Positions 29,178-36,311 of a DNA stretch of 36,311 nt are shown here, one piece after another; positions within the stretch are counted from its first letter, which is position 1; each line of letters begins with the position of its first letter. A model generated the notes under the pieces. That model saw only the letters and a program-made list of their open reading frames with translations. It was not told where the DNA came from and ran no database searches. This stretch comes from an uncultured Bacilli bacterium (GTDB lineage: Bacteria; Bacillota_I; Bacilli_A; RF39; UBA660): contig CALVKL010000003.1 of NCBI GenBank assembly GCA_944332695.1, forward strand, positions 1-36,311, read 5' to 3'. A program made the translations under genes and the position numbers.

Positions 29178-29849
29178 ATGAAAAGTAAAAAGGTAAAAAA
29201 AAGAATAAGATACGATCGTGTTTTATTATTTATAATTATTGTCATAATTATCATAGTACTATCAACTTTTTTGCTTAATTTAAAAATTACTAATATAATA
29301 ATTAAAAATAATAATTATTTAAAGGATCAAGAAATTATTGAACTAGCTGGTATTAGTGATTATCCTAGTAGTTTAGCTAATTCTAATCAAAAAATAAAGC
29401 AAAGATTGCTAACAAATATTTTTATTAAAAATGTCAAAGTTTCTAAGAAACATTTAACAAAAGTTTATATTGAAGTAGAAGAAAATAGGCCTTTGTTTTA
29501 TTATAATAATAGTAATAAAACGGTTCTTTTGGATGGGACAAGCGTTGATTTAAAATGTACTGTTCCAACAGTTTTAAACTATATAACTGATACATATTAT
29601 GAAGAATTTATTAATGAAATGGGAAAATTAGATTCATCTATTTTAAATAAAATTTCTGAAATTAAATTTGACCCTAATGAAGTTGATGATAATCGTTTTT
29701 TATTAACCATGAGTGATGGAAATTATGTATATATAAATATTAATACTTTTTATAAATTAAACAAATATATTACGATTAAGCAAAATTTACCTGATAAAAA
29801 CGGCATTCTTTATTTGGATTATGGTAATAATTTTGAAATAATTGAATAA
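29178..29849 (+). CDS. divIB: Cell division protein DivIB/FtsQ
   Basis: Basic N-terminus, TM segment and POTRA-like domain; located between murB and ftsA. Confidence 0.8.
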   Translation: MKSKKVKKRIRYDRVLLFIIIVIIIIVLSTFLLNLKITNIIIKNNNYLKDQEIIELAGISDYPSSLANSNQKIKQRLLTNIFIKNVKVSKKHLTKVYIEVEENRPLFYYNNSNKTVLLDGTSVDLKCTVPTVLNYITDTYYEEFINEMGKLDSSILNKISEIKFDPNEVDDNRFLLTMSDGNYVYININTFYKLNKYITIKQNLPDKNGILYLDYGNNFEIIE

Positions 29850-29908
29850 TTTACTTTTCTTTTTCAAAAAAATATTATATAATAATAATTGGATAGTAGG
29901 TGAAAGAG

Positions 29909-31141
29909 TTGCGACATATATATACTTGTATTGATATTGGTTCTAGTAGCATTAAAGTCGTCGTTTGTGAATTATATCGTGGAAGATATAATCTTTTAGC
30001 GACTTCTACTGTCAAAGCGAAAGGTATAAAAAAAGGCTTGATTAATGATATTTTAGAAGCTAAAAATTGTATAAAAAAAGCTTTTAATGAAGTAGAAACT
30101 ATGCTAGGATTTAAAATAAAGAAAGTGATCGCAATAATTCCTAGTTATTTTGCCGAATTTAATATTATAAAGGGTGAAATTCCTATAACAAACGAAGAAA
30201 AGATTGTCACTGGCGATGATGTGGTTAAGGTTTTACAAGTCGCAATGAAAGAACATATTGATGTTACTAAAGAAATGGTAACTATTGTTCCAGTTGATTT
30301 TATTTTAGATAATGAAGTGGTTAAAGAACCACTTAATAAAAAATGCAATATTTTAAAATCAAGATCTGTTTTAGTGACGACACCCAAAAAAAATATTTAT
30401 TCCGTAGTTAATTTATTAAATAGTCTTGGCGTTGAAGTCGTGGATATTTCTTTAGGATGCATTGGTGATATTAATACTTTTAGAGATGAAAAAGTGGATA
30501 ATTGTATTAGTGCCGTTATTAATGTAGGAGCAGAAAAAACAGAAGTATCTTTATATAATAAAGGAATTGTCGTAAGACACGGTATCGTTAACATGGGAAG
30601 TCGTAATGTCGATAACGATATTGCTTATATGTATAATTTAGATTCAGAAACAGCTTGTAATTTAAAGGAATGTTTTGCTCAAGCGACAAGAACTAGTACT
30701 TCTTTAAATGAAATCAAGGAAATTAAAAATAAAGATGATGTAACTATTAAAATTAATCAATATGAATTAAGTGAGATAGTTATTTCTAGAATTGATGAGA
30801 TACTAACTTTAGCTGCTCAAGAGTTAAATAAATTAACATCATATAAACCAGAAATTATTTATATTACAGGGGGAATTACAAATATGACTAATTTTAGTCA
30901 AATTTGTAGAGAAAAGCTTGGAAATTGTGCTATAATAGGTAGTGTAAACTTAATTGGTTTGAGAAACAATAAATTTTCTTCAGCAATTGGTAATATAATA
31001 TATTTTATAAATAAGCTTAAATTAAAAGGAAAAGATTATTCAATGATAAGCGAAGAAGAAATGGCCATCTTATCAACACCTAGAAAGAATACAAATGATT
31101 CAATGTTAGGTAAAGTATTTGGATATTTCTTTGGCGAATAA
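29909..31141 (+). CDS. ftsA: Cell division protein FtsA
   Basis: DIGSSSIK, GIKKG.I.D, ITGG, C-terminal amphipathic helix; upstream of ftsZ. TTG 29909 fits the AGGTGA RBS (alternative GTG 29900); candidate promoter TTTACT-17-TATTAT at 29850-29878. Confidence 0.9.
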   Translation: MRHIYTCIDIGSSSIKVVVCELYRGRYNLLATSTVKAKGIKKGLINDILEAKNCIKKAFNEVETMLGFKIKKVIAIIPSYFAEFNIIKGEIPITNEEKIVTGDDVVKVLQVAMKEHIDVTKEMVTIVPVDFILDNEVVKEPLNKKCNILKSRSVLVTTPKKNIYSVVNLLNSLGVEVVDISLGCIGDINTFRDEKVDNCISAVINVGAEKTEVSLYNKGIVVRHGIVNMGSRNVDNDIAYMYNLDSETACNLKECFAQATRTSTSLNEIKEIKNKDDVTIKINQYELSEIVISRIDEILTLAAQELNKLTSYKPEIIYITGGITNMTNFSQICREKLGNCAIIGSVNLIGLRNNKFSSAIGNIIYFINKLKLKGKDYSMISEEEMAILSTPRKNTNDSMLGKVFGYFFGE

Positions 31142-31153
31142 GGGAGGATATAC

Positions 31154-32200
31154 ATGTTTGGATTAGAAATGGATCAATTAGCTAATATAAAAGTAATCGG
31201 AGTTGGCGGTGGTGGCAATAATGCTGTCAATCGAATGATAGAATCGGGTGTTCAAGGAGTTGAATTTATCGTTGCTAATACAGATTTACAGGTATTAAAA
31301 AACTCCAAAGCATCTAAAAAATTACAAATAGGTACTAGTTTAACCAACGGATTAGGAGCAGGTGCTAACCCACAAATTGGTAAAGAAGCGGCTTTGGAAA
31401 GTAAAAATGAAATTGAGGAAGCTTTAAAGGGTGCCGATATGGTTTTTGTAACTTGTGGTATGGGTGGTGGAACTGGTACCGGAGCAGCGCCAGTTATCGC
31501 TGATATTGCTCAAAGCTTAGGTGCTTTAACTGTTGGAATTGTAACTAAACCATTTAGTTTTGAGGGAAGAAAAAGAATGCAACAAGCTCTTGCTGGATTA
31601 GAAGAGTTAAAAAAACATGTTGACACTTTGATCGTTATACCAAATGATCGTTTAAGAGAAATCGTTGATAAATCAACTCCATTAGTTGATTCATTTAAAG
31701 AGGTTGATAATGTCTTAAGACGAGGTGTTCAATCAATTAGTGATTTAATAGCTGTAGCGGGACTTATCAATCTGGATTTTGCTGATGTTAAAGCCGTTAT
31801 GGAAAAACGAGGTAATGCTTTAATCGGAATTGGTATGGGTGTTGGTGAAGATAGAGCTAAAGAAGCGGCTTTACAAGCTGTATCAAGTCCTTTGTTGGAA
31901 ACTGGTATTAGTGGTGCTACTGATGCTATTATCAATGTTACAGGTGGAGCTAATTTGACTTTATTTGAAGTAGAGGAAGCTGCGGATGTAATTAGACAAA
32001 GTGCCAATACTGATATTAATACAATATTTGGAGCAGTCATTAACGAAAATTTAAATGATGAATTAATTGTTACTGTTATCGCAACTGGTTTTGAAGATGA
32101 AAAACCAGCAACCCATGCATATGCTAATACAACATATACTCCTTCTAGTGATGATGATAGTGATGATGTGCCATCGTTTTTAAGAAATAGAGGATTTTAA
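31154..32200 (+). CDS. ftsZ: Cell division protein FtsZ
   Basis: [28 protein letters not shown]-terminal DVPSFLR. Confidence 0.99.
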   Translation: MFGLEMDQLANIKVIGVGGGGNNAVNRMIESGVQGVEFIVANTDLQVLKNSKASKKLQIGTSLTNGLGAGANPQIGKEAALESKNEIEEALKGADMVFVTCGMGGGTGTGAAPVIADIAQSLGALTVGIVTKPFSFEGRKRMQQALAGLEELKKHVDTLIVIPNDRLREIVDKSTPLVDSFKEVDNVLRRGVQSISDLIAVAGLINLDFADVKAVMEKRGNALIGIGMGVGEDRAKEAALQAVSSPLLETGISGATDAIINVTGGANLTLFEVEEAADVIRQSANTDINTIFGAVINENLNDELIVTVIATGFEDEKPATHAYANTTYTPSSDDDSDDVPSFLRNRGF

Positions 32201-32202
32201 GC

Positions 32203-32272
32203 AAAAAAAGTAAGTCACCTAATCAAATTTTTATGATGACGTATCATAGTTTTGATTAAGTGACTTGTTTTT
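32203..32272 (+). terminator. Long imperfect hairpin with T tract after ftsZ
   Basis: TAAGTCAC-C-TAATCAAA-TTT-TATGAT [GACGT] ATCATA-GT-TTTGATTA-A-GTGACTTG-TTTTT. Confidence 0.6.
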
Positions 32273-32288
32273 CGATATATGGTATAAT
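32260..32288 (+). promoter_or_regulatory. SigA promoter of ftsK
   Basis: GTGACT-17-TATAAT with an extended -10 TG. Confidence 0.65.
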
Positions 32289-32307
32289 TTAATAGAAGGT
32301 GATAAAA

Positions 32308-34524
32308 ATGACTAAGAAAAAAGTAAGAAAAGAACAAAAAAAAGATAATAATGCGAGAGTTGAAATATATGGCATCTTACTTATACTAGTCGCCATTATT
32401 GGTTGTTGTCGCTTTGGCCTTTTAGCTAATATAATTGTTGGTTTTTCTGGTTTTTTAGTAGGAGTTCTGTGGGCTTTTTTATTGGTAATTGTTGGTATTA
32501 TTGGCGGATATATGATAGTTAAAAGACAAAAACCAGATTTATTGACGACCAAATTAATTGGCTTATATATAATTATTTGTGGTATTTTAAGTTTTTTTCA
32601 TTTGGGCTATATCAAAAATTTAACTGTTGATGGAAGTTCTATTTCATATGGCTTAGTAATTGAAGAAACATTTAATAATTTAAATAACTTTATTGATGGA
32701 ACTACTGATATTCAAGGTGGCGGAATGATTGGAGCTTTATTAAGCGTTACTTTAGTTAAGCTAGTATCTTTACAAGGAGCGAGCGTCGTTAGTATTGTTT
32801 TAATTATTTGCGGCTTTATTATGCTTACAGGTATCACTATTTACGATATTATTAAATCATTAAAAGAAGGCGTTAAAAAAACTGTTCGAGGAACAATTGA
32901 TTTAACGCACAAAGTTAAAGATAAAGAACATATTAAGCAAGTGGAAGACGATTACGAAAAAGACAATAAGGTTGTTATCTCAAGTATGGATGAGTTAATG
33001 GTTGATGAAGAAAAATCTTTAGATGTTATTGAGACTATCGAATTAGATGAGATAAAAGAAACTAATGTTAATTATAAATTTCCACCCATTACTTTATTAA
33101 ATAAACCATATAAAAATAACAATAAAGATAATCAAGAAACTATTAAAGATACTGTTAATATTTTACAAGAGGTATTTCATGATTTTGGTGTCTTTGCCAA
33201 AGTTGTCGCTATTAATATAGGTCCTGCTGTTACACAATATGAATTAGAAATAAAAGCAGGAACTAAATTAAGTAGAATCGTTAGCTTAGATAAAGAACTA
33301 GCTTTATCATTAGCCGCTAAAAGTGTTCACATTCAAGCTCCAATTCCAGGCAAGAAAACAGTTGGCGTTGAAATACCAAATAAAAAAGTTACAATGGTAA
33401 GTGTAAGAGAAATTTTAGAAAATATTCCTAAAGGACTAGAAGATTCCAAACTATTAGTAACTTTAGGAAAAGATATAATGGGTAAACCAATTTTTTGTGA
33501 AATAAATAAAACTCCTCATTTACTAGTAGCAGGTTCGACTGGTTCTGGTAAATCAGTTTGCATCAACAGTATGTTGATATCAATTTTAATGAGAACTAAA
33601 CCAGAAGAGGTTCAATTAGTTTTAATTGATCCTAAAAAAGTTGAATTATCAATGTATAATGGCATTCCTCATTTAAAAACACCAGTTGTAACTGATCCTA
33701 AAAAAGCTAATATTGTCTTAAAAAAAATAGTTGCTGAAATGGAAAATAGATATGACTTATTTGAACAAAGTGGCACAAAAAATATTGCTGGGTATAATGC
33801 TTATATTGATAAAAAAAATAAATCAAAAGACGAACACAGTCAAATAAGGAAATTGCCTTATATTGTCGTAATAATTGATGAGTTAGCTGATTTAATGTTG
33901 GTAGCGGCTAAAGAAGTTGAGGAATCAATTATGCGTATTACTCAAATGGCTAGAGCTGCAGGAATTCATTTAATTGTTGCAACGCAACGACCATCAACTG
34001 ATGTTATTACTGGCGTTGTTAAAGCAAATATTCCATCTCGTATTTCTTTTGCCGTTTCTTCAAGCATTGATTCAAGAACTATTTTAGATATGACAGGTGC
34101 TGAAAAATTATTAGGTAAAGGTGATATGTTATTTTTACCACAAGGTGAAAATACACCAATAAGAGTTCAAGGGACATTTGTATCTGATGAGGAAATTAAA
34201 GCGGTTGTAGATTATACCATTTCGCAACAAAAAGCACATTATGATGAGAGTTTAACTATTGCAAGCGAAGATTTGAAAGGATCAACTACAATGACTGAAA
34301 AAGATGCAACCGAAGAACCTTTATATAACGAAATAGTTGAATTTGTTATAACGCAAGGTAAAGCAAGTGCATCATTACTTCAAAGGAGATTCAGATTAGG
34401 ATATAATCGAGCAGCCCGGGCAATTGATTTACTAGAAGAAAGAGGAATAATTGGCCCATCTAATGGTTCTAAACCTCGTGAAGTATTAGTTAAATTAGAA
34501 AATAAAGAAACTTCTCAAAATTGA
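32308..34524 (+). CDS. ftsK: DNA translocase FtsK/SpoIIIE
   Basis: N-terminal TMs, HLLVAGSTGSGKS, IDPK, IIDELADLM, ATQRPS, gamma domain SASLLQRRFRLGYNRA. Confidence 0.97.
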   Translation: MTKKKVRKEQKKDNNARVEIYGILLILVAIIGCCRFGLLANIIVGFSGFLVGVLWAFLLVIVGIIGGYMIVKRQKPDLLTTKLIGLYIIICGILSFFHLGYIKNLTVDGSSISYGLVIEETFNNLNNFIDGTTDIQGGGMIGALLSVTLVKLVSLQGASVVSIVLIICGFIMLTGITIYDIIKSLKEGVKKTVRGTIDLTHKVKDKEHIKQVEDDYEKDNKVVISSMDELMVDEEKSLDVIETIELDEIKETNVNYKFPPITLLNKPYKNNNKDNQETIKDTVNILQEVFHDFGVFAKVVAINIGPAVTQYELEIKAGTKLSRIVSLDKELALSLAAKSVHIQAPIPGKKTVGVEIPNKKVTMVSVREILENIPKGLEDSKLLVTLGKDIMGKPIFCEINKTPHLLVAGSTGSGKSVCINSMLISILMRTKPEEVQLVLIDPKKVELSMYNGIPHLKTPVVTDPKKANIVLKKIVAEMENRYDLFEQSGTKNIAGYNAYIDKKNKSKDEHSQIRKLPYIVVIIDELADLMLVAAKEVEESIMRITQMARAAGIHLIVATQRPSTDVITGVVKANIPSRISFAVSSSIDSRTILDMTGAEKLLGKGDMLFLPQGENTPIRVQGTFVSDEEIKAVVDYTISQQKAHYDESLTIASEDLKGSTTMTEKDATEEPLYNEIVEFVITQGKASASLLQRRFRLGYNRAARAIDLLEERGIIGPSNGSKPREVLVKLENKETSQN

Positions 34525-34531
34525 GAAGTTT
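34508..34531. terminator. Bidirectional terminator between ftsK and lexA
   Basis: AAACTTCTCA-aaat-TGAGAAGTTT. Confidence 0.7.
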
Positions 34532-35148
34532 TATATTTTTCGATATAAGCCAATTGCTTTACCTAATATTGTAACATTATTCATAATAAATGGTTCCATA
34601 GTGTCGTTTTCTGGTTGTAATCTGAAATATCCATTTTCTTTATAAAAAGTTTTTAAAGTCACTTCATTTTCATCGGTCATAGCTACAACTATCTCACCAT
34701 TGTTAGCTGTGTTTTTCCTTTCAACAATAACAATGTCGCCATCTAAAATGCCAGCATTTATCATACTTTCACCATCAACCAATAAAGTAAACACTTCTTT
34801 GTTTTTAGGGATAAGATAACTTGGTAAACTAAAGAATTCATTAGGTGTTTCAATTGCCTCAATAGGATTACCAGCAGTGATTTTACCGAGAAGAGGAACT
34901 TCTGTAATTAGTTCATTTTTAATATCGTATTCATTATCAACCAAAATTTCAATAGTTCTATTTTTACTTTCTTCTTTTCTGATATATCCTTTTTTTTCTA
35001 GATTGTTTAAATGAACTTGTACAGTTGCAGTACTAGATAAATTCATTTCTTTGCATAATTCTCTTACAGTAGGGGAATAACCATGTTTAACAACATAATG
35101 CTTAATAACATCTAACAGCTTTTCTTGTTGATTAGTTAATTTTTCCAT
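34531..35148 (-). CDS. lexA: SOS repressor LexA
   Basis: GYSPTVREL..LSSTATV..HL..LEKKGYI wHTH; A-G cleavage site (ITAGNP); catalytic Ser (GESM) and Lys (TLKT). Confidence 0.96.
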   Translation of the reverse strand: MEKLTNQQEKLLDVIKHYVVKHGYSPTVRELCKEMNLSSTATVQVHLNNLEKKGYIRKEESKNRTIEILVDNEYDIKNELITEVPLLGKITAGNPIEAIETPNEFFSLPSYLIPKNKEVFTLLVDGESMINAGILDGDIVIVERKNTANNGEIVVAMTDENEVTLKTFYKENGYFRLQPENDTMEPFIMNNVTILGKAIGLYRKI

Positions 35149-35174
35149 AAAACCTCCTTTAACATCCTATTTAC

Positions 35175-35203
35175 ATTTTAACACACAAATATACATTTGT
35201 CAA
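35175..35203 (-). promoter_or_regulatory. lexA promoter
   Basis: Minus strand TTGACA-17-TAAAAT with an extended -10 TG. Confidence 0.8.
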
Positions 35204-35214
35204 ACAAATTTTCG
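35201..35214. promoter_or_regulatory. SOS (Cheo-like) box overlapping the lexA -35
   Basis: CAAACAAATTTTCG versus the Gram-positive consensus CGAACNNNNGTTCG (8 of 10 positions). Confidence 0.65.
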
Positions 35215-35233
35215 ATTTTTGTTCTAAAAAAGC

Positions 35234-35262
35234 TTGACACGAAAATATGTTCGTGATATGAT
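35234..35262 (+). promoter_or_regulatory. SigA promoter with an SOS box in its spacer
   Basis: TTGACA-17-TATGAT with an extended TG; CGAAAATATGTTCG at 35240-35253 matches 9 of 10 Cheo consensus positions. Confidence 0.8.
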
Positions 35263-35285
35263 TGTGTCATGAAAGGGATGGTGCT

Positions 35286-35474
35286 ATGGAATATTATACA
35301 ATTAATGATATTCAAATTTTAACTGGTTACGATGAAAAAAAGATTCGACTGATTATAAAAAAAATAAATGAAGAAATTGAAGAAAAATATAGAAATAATA
35401 TTTTAAAACCGTTATTATTTGTTGATAAAGTTGAAAAAAAATATTTTTTAAAAAGAATGGAGAATAAATTATGA
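35286..35474 (+). CDS. Small HTH protein, ICE excisionase-like (62 aa)
   Basis: Pattern YYT..DIQ.LTG....K...IIK.IN.E......KV.KKYF..R; RBS-like AGGGATGG; start at ATG 35286. Confidence 0.65.
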   Translation: MEYYTINDIQILTGYDEKKIRLIIKKINEEIEEKYRNNILKPLLFVDKVEKKYFLKRMENKL

Positions 35475-35611
35475 TAGAAATGTTGAAAGATAAAACTGTA
35501 ATCGCTTTTGTTATTATTTTTTTAGGAATTATTTTAATAAGTACTCCAAGTACCAAATTAGAAAACACTTATGAATTTAATGAAGAATATGTTTCTTCTA
35601 ATTTAAAATAA
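35471..35611 (+). CDS. 46-aa single-TM peptide (not in the ORF track)
   Basis: MIEMLKDKTVIAFVIIFLGIILISTPSTKLENTYEFNEEYVSSNLK; ATGA overlap with the upstream gene; GGAG RBS 8-9 nt upstream. Confidence 0.7.
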   Translation: MIEMLKDKTVIAFVIIFLGIILISTPSTKLENTYEFNEEYVSSNLK

Positions 35612-35618
35612 TTTTAGA

Positions 35619-36221
35619 TTACTCTAAAGTTTTTTTTAATTCTTTTTTAGCTACTTTTTTAACTTTTACTAAAATTTTACTTCGAAATTTCTTGTTAATA
35701 ATACAAATAATTATAATGATTATAATTAAAATACTGCCAACAATATAATATATATAATCATATGAATTTTCCCATATACCAACTCTGCTCATTTTAGCGA
35801 CTAGTTGACTGCTTTTTAATTCATCAAGATATTTATAATCACCATAAACATAATCTATTTTACCCAATCCTTTTTCAATTATTTTATTTTGTAATAATTT
35901 ATCATCTACAAAAACCCAAACTAAATGGCGATTATATTTATCTAGTTTATCACTATTATCATCATATTCAATTTCAATTTTATTAGCATTACTTAATAAT
36001 TGACACGTATAAAGACTAGCTTTTTCTCCATAAGGTTCAATTTTATTAGTAGATTCTGGGGTATCAATAGCTAAAAATCGTACTTTTATCTCTTCATTAT
36101 CTAATATTAGCCAAGCGGTATCACCGTCGACACATTCGCTAAATTCTACTAAAATTTTTTCTTCTGCATTAACATTAACTATAACTAGTAAGCTAATTAA
36201 AACTCCAAATAATACTTTCAT
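35619..36221 (-). CDS. Thermonuclease (SNase) family protein, secreted and C-terminally membrane-anchored
   Basis: VDGDT, VRFLAIDTPE, DKYNR; N-terminal signal peptide; C-terminal TM plus basic tail; AGGTGG RBS supports ATG 36221. Confidence 0.92.
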   Translation of the reverse strand: MKVLFGVLISLLVIVNVNAEEKILVEFSECVDGDTAWLILDNEEIKVRFLAIDTPESTNKIEPYGEKASLYTCQLLSNANKIEIEYDDNSDKLDKYNRHLVWVFVDDKLLQNKIIEKGLGKIDYVYGDYKYLDELKSSQLVAKMSRVGIWENSYDYIYYIVGSILIIIIIIICIINKKFRSKILVKVKKVAKKELKKTLE

Positions 36222-36311
36222 ATTGACCACCTATAATATTATATCATACGGCAGACCATGTCCGCAACCTAACTATTTTAATTTTTTCAAAATAAAAAGC
36301 AAACTTCCTCT

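Noticed and set aside
28040-32552. Short minus-strand ORFs within murG, murB, ftsA, ftsZ and ftsK
   Set aside because: Antisense shadows of conserved genes.
35353-35568. 71-aa minus-strand ORF
   Set aside because: Antisense to the two plus-strand small ORFs, which have the promoter, RBS and translational coupling.
1-36311. Mycoplasma-type genetic code, tRNA/rRNA genes, CRISPR array, prophage or IS
   Set aside because: TGA terminates conserved genes and Trp is TGG; intergenic gaps are short with no cloverleaf or repeat-spacer pattern; no integrase or transposase motifs were seen.

Overview
AT-rich chromosomal window from a walled, low-GC Bacillota (Bacilli). It uses the standard code (TGA = stop) and has murG/murB; gene style suggests an RF39/Erysipelotrichales-like lineage (inference). 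Most genes are core: rbgA-mrnC-rlmB-sigH, dnaG-rpoD, rpsL-rpsG-fusA-tuf, rpmB (missed by the ORF track), dnaE, cvpA-trxA-rsmE-mtaB, recD2, murG-murB-divIB-ftsA-ftsZ, ftsK, lexA and a membrane-anchored thermonuclease. Notable items: (1) a ~734-aa sigma-70 paralogue with extra region-4-like modules, split by two -1 frameshifts that both fall in poly-A runs; (2) a lexA-divergent, SOS-box-controlled two-gene operon encoding an ICE-excisionase-like HTH protein and an unannotated 46-aa single-TM peptide (candidate SosA/YneA-type division inhibitor); (3) an NrtR regulator with a candidate auto-operator, coupled to a non-canonical pilin; (4) dispersed pilin-like genes; (5) an orphan inverted MraZ-like gene; (6) SigH- and SigG/SigE-like promoters hinting at sporulation. 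No rRNA, tRNA, CRISPR, integrase or transposase was recognised.
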